Below are positions 29,801 to 38,859 of a stretch of 64,000 nt of DNA, piece by piece (positions within the stretch are counted from its first letter, which is position 1; every line of letters starts with the position of its first letter). The position numbers and the translations under genes are program-made. Source of the DNA: an uncultured Chitinophagaceae bacterium (GTDB taxonomy: Bacteria; Planctomycetota; Planctomycetia; Pirellulales; UBA1268). The stretch spans positions 7,926-71,925 of the forward strand of contig CAZRKH010000048.1 of NCBI GenBank assembly GCA_964600785.1, in the 5' to 3' direction. The notes under the pieces were generated by a model. It ran no database searches. It was not told the DNA's origin and was given only the letters and a program-made list of their open reading frames with translations.

Positions 29801-30148
29801 CCCGCGGAACTCTGGGGCTGGGGCGGGATCGCCAACAAGCTCTCACGCGTGGCGTTTCGGGGCGATGGCGACGATCCGAAGTCGCGGCAGTTGCGTGACC
29901 AGTTCTTCGATGCCCGGCTGAACCTGGCAAAGTGTCGTCGGGCATTGGCGGAGAAATCCGCCGGCAGCCGGGACGCGATGCTCGACAAAGCAGAACGTGA
30001 CATCGCCATCACCCTGCGGTTCTATCCCGACCTCGGCGGTGAGGTCTTTCGTGAACGCTTTGACAAACTGCTCAAGGAAATCCAGAGGGCCCGCGGCGAC
30101 GAAACCGCCGAGGGGCTGGCTGGTCTCGAGAAAAACCAGGAAAGCTGA
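26825..30148 (+). CDS. Large secreted all-helical / TPR-like repeat protein (1107 aa)
   Basis: ATG at 26825 gives signal-like MHQEFHPVLCLLRRLAAAVVLLLFLTVAGGHRVAAAE. The rest is Ala/Leu/Glu/Lys-rich helical repeat sequence with TPR-like segments (FKLADVYRQLGRYDEAMGHLDWIL). Alternative starts are 26765 and 26780. Confidence 0.75.
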   Translation: MHQEFHPVLCLLRRLAAAVVLLLFLTVAGGHRVAAAEDDAPSVREITARRLLDRLEEKEYADMMLAVLDRLSQEQRISAGLKQEIPFRRAVALVLESRTEANTDKRAAQLADARQAIDAFLASKPSLESTVDANIQRGNLLVEQGRLLVRQADRPGADSEAILAKAAPLLGDAVKSFVAAENALYTPGDGEPGGLLTKLRKQIGDLQEEEKTLKENKKPPAGMSSLERGKLIRRLKDEIPRLVEEQDRFRSKLLQVRLLVGTAGFELSRSLEPGSKAWREAIEASSSAFETMYEKYRTLLAGQFARYYQGRNSVSLAFDPPFDPDDKKAAEQREKDIDAALNVLGDLRLLEGGGPIADLRAKAFNLSLQCWLETLPEAEYASFEGVNLDTLKLALPELPDAKLDADWLGFKYRLAVMIKRMDEAAKEAKGSDRNPLLNSAANSIRRLAMQVAKANREFADEARDLLGDLPEAAVDETFATLMDEAGVAITTMQQKKQEAASLSAAGKAEESKAAAEEAIKSRDGAIAAIRKAVPLATEDEAAAVNRARYLLTFLMYDSGRLEEAATVGEFLARWYPNAAGSEQAAKIAMASWQKLAKNDSPWAADAMRRCGRMAERILETWPDGSSVADAANVAIAAAADAEDAERIVAIFKRMPADSPLRGQVALRAGLSLWKLVTQKRRLEGEGRPSDETLAAWTAAAAAAFDEGLAASKGGNKLAVAAAVSRCQIGMEAGDTQTVAAVLENPAYGPWTVVTAEGGSFSKGPVAEEILRLALRFFIQSEEIPKAEEAMARLEAVAGDATNLTTMYLAMGRDLQEQLEGIVGAGDGEVSEQARARAQKILSGFEAFLDRVAAQDAKVSSRMWVATTYLTLGSGSDAEGSGGIAAVVPKTKADEYLGKAAAVYEKLLENPGDEMAKFEPSIRFKLADVYRQLGRYDEAMGHLDWILGDSKRVNWRDAQIEAARLLQDAGIASENPGEAEEKLSLAISGRRGGPAELWGWGGIANKLSRVAFRGDGDDPKSRQLRDQFFDARLNLAKCRRALAEKSAGSRDAMLDKAERDIAITLRFYPDLGGEVFRERFDKLLKEIQRARGDETAEGLAGLEKNQES

Positions 30149-30152
30149 CGCC

Positions 30153-31277
30153 ATGCCCACGACATCCCTGCCGACGAAGATTTCCCGGGCCGGTCAAGCC
30201 CCGCAGCTGCGGTGGATCGCCTTTGCCGTGCTCGCCCTGCTTGCCGGATCGCCCTCGGCCCGCGCGGTCGACGTGGTCCGTGTGATCGGGGGAACGCGGC
30301 TCTCGGGGACGGTGATCAGCGGCTCACCCAATTCGATCGATCTCGAGCAACGCGGCGGTGACATCGCGTCGATCCCCGTGGAGCAGATCGAGGCGGTGCA
30401 GTTCGACGGCGAGCCCCGCGAGATGACCGATGCCCGCAATCTGCTGGCTCGGGGCCGTCCGGTCGATGCCGCGGCGGAACTGGAGAAGATCGAGCCCGAC
30501 GCTTTCGACGGGGCGCCGCCGCTGGTGCTCGAGGAGCGGGATTACCTTGTCGCGGCGTCGAAGGCGATCTCCGCCCTCCAGGGGACCGGCGAGATCAAGG
30601 AGGCCGGCGGCCTCGCCGCGGGCTTTCTCAAGAAGTATCCGCGGAGTTTTCATACCTACCGGATGGAGGAGATTACGGGTGATTTGCTTGCCGCGATCGG
30701 CAACACGAAGGCGGCCGCGGCCTACTACGGCAAGCTCGCCGAGGGCCCGGCGGCGATGAAGGTGCGGGCGGCGTCGGCCGAGGGGCGGATGCTCCTGGCT
30801 GCCGGTGATTTCAACGGTGCCGCAGCCGCCTTCGGCAAGGCCCGTGGCGTGCCCTCCCCGCCGGCTGCCGGCGGGGACGAGGCGGCTCAGAACGCGGCCG
30901 AGGTGGTCGATGCCCAGAAGCGGATGGCGTCGGTCGGGCTCGCCCGAGCCCAGGTCGGCCTCGGCAAGCAGGACGAGGCCGTGGCCACGATCAACCAGGT
31001 GATCGACGCGGCGAGCCCGGAGGATCACGATCTCCTCGGCCCCGCCTACAACGCCCTGGGGGAAGCCGAGGCGGCGCGGGGGAAAATCCCCGACGCCCTG
31101 ATCGCGTACCTCACCGTCGATCTCGTCTACAACTCGAATCCACAGGCCCATGCGGAGGCTCTGGCAAATCTCGCCGAACTCTGGGAGAAATCGAAGCAGC
31201 CCGAGCGTTCCCGGCAGGCCCGGGCTATGCTCAAGTCGAGCTATCCGACGAGCCGTTGGGCCAAGCAGGCGGGCTGA
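30153..31277 (+). CDS. Secreted protein: short beta-rich N-module + TPR-like helical repeats (374 aa)
   Basis: ATG at 30153, 4 bp after the previous stop. Signal LRWIAFAVLALLAGSPSARA. TPR-like segments (LLGPAYNALGEAEAARGKIPDALIAYLTVDLVY). Confidence 0.75.
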   Translation: MPTTSLPTKISRAGQAPQLRWIAFAVLALLAGSPSARAVDVVRVIGGTRLSGTVISGSPNSIDLEQRGGDIASIPVEQIEAVQFDGEPREMTDARNLLARGRPVDAAAELEKIEPDAFDGAPPLVLEERDYLVAASKAISALQGTGEIKEAGGLAAGFLKKYPRSFHTYRMEEITGDLLAAIGNTKAAAAYYGKLAEGPAAMKVRAASAEGRMLLAAGDFNGAAAAFGKARGVPSPPAAGGDEAAQNAAEVVDAQKRMASVGLARAQVGLGKQDEAVATINQVIDAASPEDHDLLGPAYNALGEAEAARGKIPDALIAYLTVDLVYNSNPQAHAEALANLAELWEKSKQPERSRQARAMLKSSYPTSRWAKQAG

Positions 31278-31336
31278 CACAAGACAGGAATTCACAGGCC
31301 GGAGCGACTCCGGCGGACCACGAGGAGCAGATAAGC

Positions 31337-32203
31337 ATGCGGCACGACGACAACGAGGGTGCGACGATGAAGCGAGCCAAAACGGGACGGTGTGGCCGGC
31401 GGGTGGTGGCCTGGTGGCTGGCGGCGATCCTCGCCGTGTCGGCATTGGCCCCGCCGGAGATGGTCGCCTGGCTGCCGGTCGGCCCGGCGTCTGCCGTTGC
31501 CCAGGATGGCGGCTTCGCTGACCCGGGCCCGCCGCCTTCCATGGACGATGGGGGCGGTGACTCGGAGGGCGGCGGTGAGAACCTCCTGATGTTCTTCGCC
31601 CGTTCGCTGGGCATGGTCTTCGCGACGGTGTTTCTGCTCCTTTCTTTCGCCCTGGTGTCGCTGGTGGTGATGTGCTTCTTGCAGCTTCGCCGTTCGGCTC
31701 TGATGCCGCCTGACCTTTCGGAGCAGTTTGAGGAGCACCTCGCCAACAAGCAGTACCAGGAAGCCTATGAACTCGCCAAGAACGACGATTCCTATCTCGG
31801 CCACGTGCTCTCCGCCGGCATTATCAAACTCCAGGGCGGCTTCAGTCAGGCCCTCGAAGCGATGCAGGAGGCCGAGGCCGATGAGGGCATGCGGCTGGAG
31901 CACAAGATCAGCTACGTCGCCCTGATTGGAGCCCTTTCGCCGATGTTCGGGCTGCTCGGCACGGTGAACGGCATGGTCTCCAGCTTCATGGTCATCGCCC
32001 AGTCGACGACGGCTCCCAAGCCGACCGAACTGGCCGCCGGTATCTCGACGGCTCTGGTGACCACGCTCGTGGGGCTGTGGCTGGCGATCCCGGCCGTGGC
32101 CGCCTTTGCGATGTTCAAAAACTGGCTGCAGCGGCTCAATTCCGACGTCGACGCCGAGGCGATGCGGCTGATGGGCCGCTTCCAGGGGGGCGGCAAGAAG
32201 TAG
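31337..32203 (+). CDS. exbB: MotA/TolQ/ExbB-family proton channel
   Basis: C-terminal half LIGALSPMFGLLGTVNGMVSSF…AGISTALVTTLVGLWLAIPAVAAFAMFKN is canonical ExbB/TolQ. GAGGAG lies upstream of ATG 31337. ATG 31367 is an alternative start. Confidence 0.9.
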   Translation: MRHDDNEGATMKRAKTGRCGRRVVAWWLAAILAVSALAPPEMVAWLPVGPASAVAQDGGFADPGPPPSMDDGGGDSEGGGENLLMFFARSLGMVFATVFLLLSFALVSLVVMCFLQLRRSALMPPDLSEQFEEHLANKQYQEAYELAKNDDSYLGHVLSAGIIKLQGGFSQALEAMQEAEADEGMRLEHKISYVALIGALSPMFGLLGTVNGMVSSFMVIAQSTTAPKPTELAAGISTALVTTLVGLWLAIPAVAAFAMFKNWLQRLNSDVDAEAMRLMGRFQGGGKK

Positions 32204-32221
32204 CGGGAAACGGAGCAAGCG

Positions 32222-32665
32222 ATGGCGAAGCGGAAGAGCGAAGGCCCGTCGATGGTCGACATCGACATGACGCCGATGATCGACATGACCTTCCAGTTGA
32301 TCGCGTTTTTCATGTTTGTGGTCAACTTCTCGGAAGCGGAGCAGGACGATCGCATCCAGCTGCCCTCGAGCCAGCTCGCCAAGCCGGCCGAGGCGCCGTT
32401 TGACACTCCGATCACCCTTCAGCTCACCGACCAGGGATCGGTCGTCTACTCAGGGGAGCTGTTTGAGATGGGCTCCCTTGGCAGCATGCTCGAGCGGGAA
32501 AAGTCGGCGATCCTCGATGCCGGCAAGGAGCCGGTGGCGGCCACGGTGATCGTGCGGGCCGACGGCCGGAGCAAGACCGGGCAGGTGCAGGAGATCATCC
32601 GAGTCTGCCAGGAGAAGGGTTTTGAGAAATTCGCCCTGCGGGCCAAGTACGACGAGGGTGGGTAG
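32222..32665 (+). CDS. exbD: ExbD/TolR-family protein 1
   Basis: DMTPMIDMTFQLIAFFMFV with the conserved TM Asp; typical ~147-aa size. Confidence 0.9.
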   Translation: MAKRKSEGPSMVDIDMTPMIDMTFQLIAFFMFVVNFSEAEQDDRIQLPSSQLAKPAEAPFDTPITLQLTDQGSVVYSGELFEMGSLGSMLEREKSAILDAGKEPVAATVIVRADGRSKTGQVQEIIRVCQEKGFEKFALRAKYDEGG

Positions 32666-32669
32666 ACCG

Positions 32670-33173
32670 ATGGAAGGAACAGACGACACACCACGGGAGC
32701 GGAAGAAGTCGGAACTGGCCGACAAGATCGACATCAACATGACCCCGATGATCGACATCGTCTTCCAGCTTCTCGCCTTCTTCATCATGTCGCTGAAGAT
32801 CGTCCAGCCGGAGGGCGACTTCGACGTCCGCATGCCCCTGGGTGCTGCGGCGGCCGCGGCCCCGGACGACGACCAGATTCCCCCGATTCGAATCCGGCTG
32901 ATGTCGGGCGGTGACGGGCTCGCCGGCATTTCGATGAATGGCAGCCCGGTGGGTGATTTCGACGAATTACGGGAGAAGGTCATCGGTCTGGTGGGAACCA
33001 ACTCCGGCCCCAATTCCCTGGCCGACAAGACCGAGGTTGAACTCGACTGCGACTATTCCCTGCCCTACCGCTATGTCGTCAACGCGATCTCGGCGGTCTC
33101 CGGCAAGGTGCAGGATGGGCAGGTGATCGAACTGATCAAGAAGATCAAGTTCGCCCCGCCAAAGAAGCGCTAG
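32670..33173 (+). CDS. exbD: ExbD/TolR-family protein 2
   Basis: ATG at 32670, 4 bp after exbD-1. INMTPMIDIVFQLLAFFIM with the conserved Asp. Confidence 0.9.
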   Translation: MEGTDDTPRERKKSELADKIDINMTPMIDIVFQLLAFFIMSLKIVQPEGDFDVRMPLGAAAAAAPDDDQIPPIRIRLMSGGDGLAGISMNGSPVGDFDELREKVIGLVGTNSGPNSLADKTEVELDCDYSLPYRYVVNAISAVSGKVQDGQVIELIKKIKFAPPKKR

Positions 33174-33198
33174 CGGCCCAAGTAGTCCGGTGCGGCTC

Positions 33199-33361
33199 GC
33201 ACCGGCACAGCCGGTTGCAACGCAACCGGCCTACTGAGCCCGCACCGGCACAGCCGGTTGCAGCGCAACCGGCCTACTGAGCCCGCGCCGGCACAGCCGG
33301 TTGCAGCGCAACCGGCCTACTGAGCCCGCACCGGCACAGCCGGTTGCAGCGCAACCGGCCT
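33199..33361. repeat. 43-bp tandem repeat, ~3.8 copies, each carrying a perfect 8-bp-stem hairpin
   Basis: Unit GCACCGGCACAGCCGGTTGCAGCGCAACCGGCCTACTGAGCCC starts at 33199, 33242, 33285 and 33328. The internal palindrome is CCGGTTGC-N3-GCAACCGG. A separate hairpin CCGGTGCG-GCT-CGCACCGG sits at 33187-33205. The array lies in the convergent exbD/xer spacer. Confidence 0.95.
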
Positions 33362-33408
33362 GCGACCGGCTCGGTGCATTTTCCTTATCACCGCAATCGA
33401 GTGCCGGC

Positions 33409-34398
33409 TCACCGTCGCGGGTGGAACTTGGCGTGGACGCTCCGGAGCCGGCCGGCATCGACGTGGGTGTACCGCTGCGTGGTGGCGATGCTGGCGTGGC
33501 CGAGCATTTCCTGCACATGCCGCAGGTCGACGCCGTTGCTCACGAGATGTGTGGCAAAACTGTGCCGCAGCATGTGCGGGTGCAGGTCGCCAGGCAGCCC
33601 GGCGGCCACCGCATGAAGCCGCACGATCTCCCAGATCCGCTTGCGGTCGAGACGGTTGCCGCGGCTCGAGAGCACCATCCAGTCGCCGAGCCTGCGGCTG
33701 CGGGCCGCGTACTTCTGCCTCGCCCCCCCGCTCCACTGCCTCAGCGTGTCGATCGCTCGCTCGCCCAACGGCACCACCCGCTCCTTGTCGCCTTTCCCGC
33801 GGCAGGTGCAGAAGCCCTCGTCGAGGTGGGTCTCGGTGAGGCGGAGCCCCGAGACCTCGCTCGCCCGGCATCCGGTCGCGTAGAGCAGCTCGAGGGTCGC
33901 GGCATCGCGAAGCCCCTCGAGCGAGCGGCGGTTCGGGGCCGCAAGCAGCCGGTCGACCTGCCCGGCGGTCAGGCTGCCAGGCACCCGGAAGTCGGGCCGG
34001 CCACCGCCGACAAGGTCGGCCGGGCTCTCGGTGATCCATTCCTCGAGCTGGAGGAACCGGTAGAAGGTTCGCAGGCTCGCCGCATGCCGGGCAATGCTCG
34101 ACCGGGAGAGCGAGCGGCGATGGAGCCAGCCGAGGTAGTCGCCCAGGTCACGGGCGGAGAGTCGCGTGGGATCGCGGCCGTCGAGCCAGGCGGTGAAGTC
34201 AGCCAGATCGCGACGGTAGGCCTCGAGCGTGTTGCCCGAAAGCCCGCGCTCGTGACGCACATGGTCGAGAAAACCTGCGGCAAGTTCGGCGATGCCGCAT
34301 CCCGCCGACTCGCGACGGGCCGCGGCCGGGTCGAGCACGATCCGCCGCGGCCCCCGCGGCCGCGGCGATGAAACCGGTTTTCCTGATGGCGGCGGCAT
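33409..34398 (-). CDS. Tyrosine recombinase, XerC/XerD family
   Basis: N-terminal SAM-like domain (FLDHVRHERGLSGNTLEAYRRDLADF). Catalytic C-terminus HMLRHSFATHLVSNGVDLRHVQEMLGHASIATTQRYTHV. ATG at 34398 chosen. Confidence 0.9.
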   Translation of the reverse strand: MPPPSGKPVSSPRPRGPRRIVLDPAAARRESAGCGIAELAAGFLDHVRHERGLSGNTLEAYRRDLADFTAWLDGRDPTRLSARDLGDYLGWLHRRSLSRSSIARHAASLRTFYRFLQLEEWITESPADLVGGGRPDFRVPGSLTAGQVDRLLAAPNRRSLEGLRDAATLELLYATGCRASEVSGLRLTETHLDEGFCTCRGKGDKERVVPLGERAIDTLRQWSGGARQKYAARSRRLGDWMVLSSRGNRLDRKRIWEIVRLHAVAAGLPGDLHPHMLRHSFATHLVSNGVDLRHVQEMLGHASIATTQRYTHVDAGRLRSVHAKFHPRR

Positions 34399-34507
34399 GA
34401 TCGGAAGCTCCCTATCGGGAATCGGCCGATCGCGACCGCTGGCCGTGGTCGAATCCCCCGGGCCGAAACAATCCGCACGCCCGGCCCCCAAGGGGCCACG
34501 GGCCCGT

Positions 34508-37500
34508 TCAGGCCTTGGAGGGGTCGTAGCCGAGATTCGGTGCGAGCCACTGCTCGATCTCGGGCACGCTCATCCCCTTGCGGGCGGCGTAGGCCTCGAC
34601 CTGGTCTCGCGTGATTCGGTCGACCGCGAAGTAGCGGCTCTCAGGGTGGGCGAGGTAGATCCCGCTGACGCTCGCCGCGGGCATCATCGCACAGCTCTCG
34701 GTGAGGCTCATGCCCGCGTGCCGTTGGGCCTCGAGCCAGGCAAAGAGGTTCCGTTTCTCGGTGTGATCGGGGCAGGCTGGATAGCCGGGGGCCGGGCGGA
34801 TGCCGCGATACCGTTCCTCGATCAGTTCCTCCGCCGAGAGACTCTCCTCGCGGCCATAGCCCCACTCTCGTCGCACCCGCTCGTGGAGCCACTCGGCAAA
34901 GGCCTCAGCCAGGCGGTCGGCCAGGGCCTTGGCCATGATCGAGGAGTAGTCGTCGTGGGCGGCATCGTATTCCCGGCAGATCTCCTCGCAGCCGTGGCCG
35001 GTGGTCACGGCAAAGCCGCCAATGTAGTCGGCGCGACCGCTGGCGACCGGGGCCACGAAGTCGGACAGGGCACAAAAGGCGTCCTGCCCACGCCGCTCCC
35101 ACTGCTGGCGGAGCGTGTGGATCCGTCCCACCTCCTGCTTTCGCGTGTCGTCGGTGTAGAGAATGATGTCGTCGCCGCAGGCATTGGCCGGAAAGAATCC
35201 ATAGACGCCGCGGGCGGTGAGCAGCCGCTTCTCCACGATCTCGTCGAGCATCCGCCGCGCGTCGTCATAGAGCTTCCGGGCTTCCTCGCCGACAAACGCA
35301 TCCTGGAAGATCGCGGGAAACTTCCCCTTCAGCTCCCAGGCCATGAAGAAGGGTGACCAGTCGATGTAGGGCACGAGATCCGCGAGAGGCACCTCGCCAA
35401 GCGGGGCGAGGCCCAGGAAGTCGGGCTTGTCGATCGGCGTCGTTTCCCAGTCGATCGCCCACTTCTTCTCGCAGGCGGTCGCATACGGCACGAGGTTCAC
35501 CTGCTGCCGTTGCTCAAACGAGGCCACCGCCTTGGCCTGTTCCTCGCGGTTACGGCGGACGAAGTCCTCGCGGCTTGCGGGATTGATCAGCTTGTCGACC
35601 ACGCCCGCCGCCCGCGAGGCGTCGAGCACGTGCACCACGTCACCGGAGTATTTGGGCGCGATCTTGACCGCGGTGTGCCTGGCCGAAGTCGTGGCCCCAC
35701 CGATCAGGATCGGGATTTGCAGTTTTTCATGCTCGAACTCCTCCGCCACGTGGACCATCTCTCCAAGGCTCGGTGTGATCAGCCCGCTGAGGCCGACCAC
35801 GTCGACCTTCTCCTCTTTGGCCTTCTCCACGATCTGGGCCGAGGGGATCATCACGCCCATGTCGATCACCTCGAAGCCGTTGCAGCCGAGCACGACGCCC
35901 ACGATGTTCTTGCCGATGTCGTGCACGTCACCCTTGACCGTGGCCATCAGCACCCGGCCGCGGGAGGACTGCTCCTCGCCGGAGGCCTTCCGCTCCTCCT
36001 CCATGTAGGGCAGCAGGTAGGCCACCGCCCGCTTCATCACCCGGGCGCTCTTGACGACCTGCGGCAGGAACATCTTCCCCTCGCCGAAGAGGTCGCCCAC
36101 GGTCTGCATGCCCCGCATCAGCGGCCCTTCGATGATCTCCAGACTCGTGGCGTATTCGCCGCGGGCCTCCTCGACATCGGTCTCGATGTGGTCGACGATG
36201 CCCCTGATCAGGGAGTGGCAGAGCCGCTCCTCAACGGTGCCGCTCCGCCAGGCGTCCGCCTTGGCCGTGTCGCCGCCATCGGTCTGCTTGACCTGTTCGG
36301 CGAACTCGATCAGCCGCTCGGTCGCGTCCTCCCGGCGATTGAAGAGCACATCCTCGATCCGCTCTTTGAGTTCCGGCTCGATCTCTTCATAGACCGCGAG
36401 TTGGCCGGCATTCACGATGCCCATCTCCATCCCGGCCTTGATCGCGTGGTAGAGGAAGACCGCGTGCATCGCCTCCCGCACGACGTCGTTGCCGCGGAAA
36501 GAGAAGGAGATGTTGCTCACCCCGCCGGAGACCTTGACCAGCGGCATCGCCTCCTTGATCTGCCTCACTGCCTCGATGAAGTTCACCGCATAGTCGGCAT
36601 GCTCCTCCATCCCGGTGGCGACGGTCAGGATGTTGGGGTCGAAGATGATGTCCTGCGGAGGGAAGCCCGCCTGCTCGGTGAGCAGGCGATAGGCACGCTT
36701 GCAGATCGCCAGTTTGTGATCGACCTCCGTGGCCTGGCCGGTCTCGTCGAAGGCCATCACCACCACGGCCGCCCCGTAGCGGCGGGCCACGCGGGCCTGG
36801 CGGAGAAACTCCTCCTCCCCCTCCTTGAGGCTGATCGAATTGACCACTCCCTTGCCCTGCAGGCACTTCAGCCCCGCCTCGAGCACCTCGAAGTTGGAGC
36901 TGTCGATCATGATCGGGACGCGGGCCACCTCCGGCTCACTGGCGAGCAGGATCAGGAACTTCGTCATCACCGCCGGCCCGTCGAGCATCCCCTCATCGAC
37001 GTTGATATCGATCAGGTTCGCGCCCCCCTCGACCTGCTGCCGGGCGATCCCGACCGCCTCCTCGTAGAGCTCCTCGCGGATCAGCCGGGCAAAGGCCCGC
37101 GAGCCGGTGACATTGGTCCGCTCGCCGATGATCGTGAAACTGCTCTCGGGCCGGATCTCGTAGAGTTCGAGCCCCGAGAAACGCGTGGCCGGCTCACGCG
37201 TCGGGGGCTTCCGCGGCGGATACTTGGCGACCGCCTCGCCGATCGCCCGCAGGTGGTCGGGGGTCGTGCCGCAGCAGCCACCGACCATGTTGAGCCAGCC
37301 CTCGGCGGCAAACTCCTCGAGCACCTTCGCCATCATCTCAGGCGTCTCGTCGAAGCCGCCCAGGGCGTTGGGCAGCCCCGCATTCGGGTAGCAGCTGGTG
37401 TAGACCGGCGCGATACGGGCCAGCTCGGCCATGTAGGGCCGCAGCTTTTCCGGGCCGAGGGCGCAGTTGAGCCCGATTGAGAGCAGGTTGAAATGCTCGA

Positions 37501-38215
37501 GGCTCGTCCAGCAGGCCTCAACCGTCTGCGCCGAAAGGGTGCGGCCGCCTTCGAAGACGGTGAAGGAGGCCATCACCGGCAGCCGCAGGTTACGCTCGGT
37601 GAACACCTCCTCGATCGCGAAGAGGCAGCTCTTGAGGACGAGGGTGTCGAAGGCCGTCTCGGCAAGCAGGATGTCGACGCCGCCGTCGATGAGGGCCTCG
37701 ATCTGCTCGCGGTAGGCGGCCACCATCTCATCGAAGGTCACGTCACGGTGGCCGGGGTCGGCCACGTTGCCGGCGATCGAAAGCTGCTTGTTGGTCGGAC
37801 CGATCGAGCCGGCCACGAAGCGGGGCTTGTCCGGGGTCGAGTAGGCGTCAGCCGCCTCGCGGGCGAGCTTGGCGGCGGTCAGGTTGAGTTCCCGAACCAG
37901 GCCCTCGAGGCCGAAGTCCGCCATCGCCACCGAGGTGCCGCCGAAGGTGTTGGTCTCGATGATGTCGCTGCCCGCGGCGAGATAGGCCTCGTGGATGCCG
38001 CGGATCGCCTCGCCCTGCGAGAGGGTCAGGATGTCGATGTTGTTCTTGAGGTCCCGGTCATGGTCACGGAACCGCTCGCCGCGGAAGCCGGCCTCGTCGA
38101 AGCCGAGGGAATGGACCATCGTGCCCATGGCCCCGTCGAGGATCAAAATCCGCTCTTCGAGCAGACTGCGGAGGGTGGCTTCGTTGGATCCGGTGGGGGG
38201 GGTGGGGTGCGTCAT
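34508..38215 (-). CDS. metH: Cobalamin-dependent methionine synthase
   Basis: Full four-module layout. B12-binding motif [14 protein letters not shown] at 38215 (MTHPTPP…[15 protein letters not shown]). Confidence 0.97.
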   Translation of the reverse strand: MTHPTPPTGSNEATLRSLLEERILILDGAMGTMVHSLGFDEAGFRGERFRDHDRDLKNNIDILTLSQGEAIRGIHEAYLAAGSDIIETNTFGGTSVAMADFGLEGLVRELNLTAAKLAREAADAYSTPDKPRFVAGSIGPTNKQLSIAGNVADPGHRDVTFDEMVAAYREQIEALIDGGVDILLAETAFDTLVLKSCLFAIEEVFTERNLRLPVMASFTVFEGGRTLSAQTVEACWTSLEHFNLLSIGLNCALGPEKLRPYMAELARIAPVYTSCYPNAGLPNALGGFDETPEMMAKVLEEFAAEGWLNMVGGCCGTTPDHLRAIGEAVAKYPPRKPPTREPATRFSGLELYEIRPESSFTIIGERTNVTGSRAFARLIREELYEEAVGIARQQVEGGANLIDINVDEGMLDGPAVMTKFLILLASEPEVARVPIMIDSSNFEVLEAGLKCLQGKGVVNSISLKEGEEEFLRQARVARRYGAAVVVMAFDETGQATEVDHKLAICKRAYRLLTEQAGFPPQDIIFDPNILTVATGMEEHADYAVNFIEAVRQIKEAMPLVKVSGGVSNISFSFRGNDVVREAMHAVFLYHAIKAGMEMGIVNAGQLAVYEEIEPELKERIEDVLFNRREDATERLIEFAEQVKQTDGGDTAKADAWRSGTVEERLCHSLIRGIVDHIETDVEEARGEYATSLEIIEGPLMRGMQTVGDLFGEGKMFLPQVVKSARVMKRAVAYLLPYMEEERKASGEEQSSRGRVLMATVKGDVHDIGKNIVGVVLGCNGFEVIDMGVMIPSAQIVEKAKEEKVDVVGLSGLITPSLGEMVHVAEEFEHEKLQIPILIGGATTSARHTAVKIAPKYSGDVVHVLDASRAAGVVDKLINPASREDFVRRNREEQAKAVASFEQRQQVNLVPYATACEKKWAIDWETTPIDKPDFLGLAPLGEVPLADLVPYIDWSPFFMAWELKGKFPAIFQDAFVGEEARKLYDDARRMLDEIVEKRLLTARGVYGFFPANACGDDIILYTDDTRKQEVGRIHTLRQQWERRGQDAFCALSDFVAPVASGRADYIGGFAVTTGHGCEEICREYDAAHDDYSSIMAKALADRLAEAFAEWLHERVRREWGYGREESLSAEELIEERYRGIRPAPGYPACPDHTEKRNLFAWLEAQRHAGMSLTESCAMMPAASVSGIYLAHPESRYFAVDRITRDQVEAYAARKGMSVPEIEQWLAPNLGYDPSKA

Positions 38216-38574
38216 CCGTTCCTGAAATCGAGCGGGTGGAGGCTCGCCGCCCGGCCGGTGATCCGGGGGGCGACGGCAAAAAGCCAGGGGTTTTGGAGGG
38301 GAAAAAACGGGTTTTCCATTCTCTGTGAACACCATGATAGACGCTTGCAATCGCGAGGCCTACTGCATTGCCGCCGGGGCCCGTACTTCCGAGCAGCGGA
38401 TCCAGGCAATCTGGTGAAGCCACTGCAAAGCCGCCTCGGGGGCCGGCGAAAGCCATTGTGCGGGGGAGAGAGGGCGGCTGGCTCCTCAAGTCGGCGGTAT
38501 GTTCGCGACGAACCATTCTGGCAGGGTGAGGCCATGTGAGGTCTTTTGCCCCGCAGTGCCCCGCTGGCAGATCG

Positions 38575-38859
38575 ATGAAAACGCTCGCCCGCTTTCCCCG
38601 CTCGACCTTCGAGCCGCCACCGCGGATCGATTCGACACCGTCGCCCGTGGCCCCGGCAGTTCTCCGAAAGCCGGAGGCCGGCCGCCGTCGCCCGCGGGCG
38701 GGCTGGCGGTCGATCACGGTCCTCGCAATCCTGGCTGCCGCGGTCTGGGTGACCAACTGGTGGATTGACCCCGCCGGCCACGAGATCGCTCGACAACTCG
38801 ATGAGCAGGCAAGCGAGCGGATCGCGAGCACTCCCGACACTGCCGGCTCCACGCGGTGA
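38575..38859 (+). CDS. Small single-pass membrane protein (94 aa)
   Basis: ATG at 38575. Basic stretch then a TM segment (RRRPRAGWRSITVLAILAAAVWVTNWWI). The stop overlaps the next gene's GTG (GTGA). Confidence 0.5.
   Translation: MKTLARFPRSTFEPPPRIDSTPSPVAPAVLRKPEAGRRRPRAGWRSITVLAILAAAVWVTNWWIDPAGHEIARQLDEQASERIASTPDTAGSTR

Noticed and set aside
33199-33361. Possible CRISPR array, given regularly spaced palindromic repeats
   Set aside because: The 43-bp units abut each other with no unique spacers. There are only ~3.8 copies, and no cas genes are in the window. It is a plain tandem repeat.
38216-38574. Cobalamin, SAM or SAH riboswitch in the 359-bp region upstream of metH
   Set aside because: A GCCACTG heptamer (38419-38425) resembles part of the B12 box, but it lies on the plus strand, antisense to metH. 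On the metH strand I could not recognise the cobalamin, SAM-II or SAH consensus cores. The matter is unresolved without cmscan against RF00174, RF00521 and RF01057.
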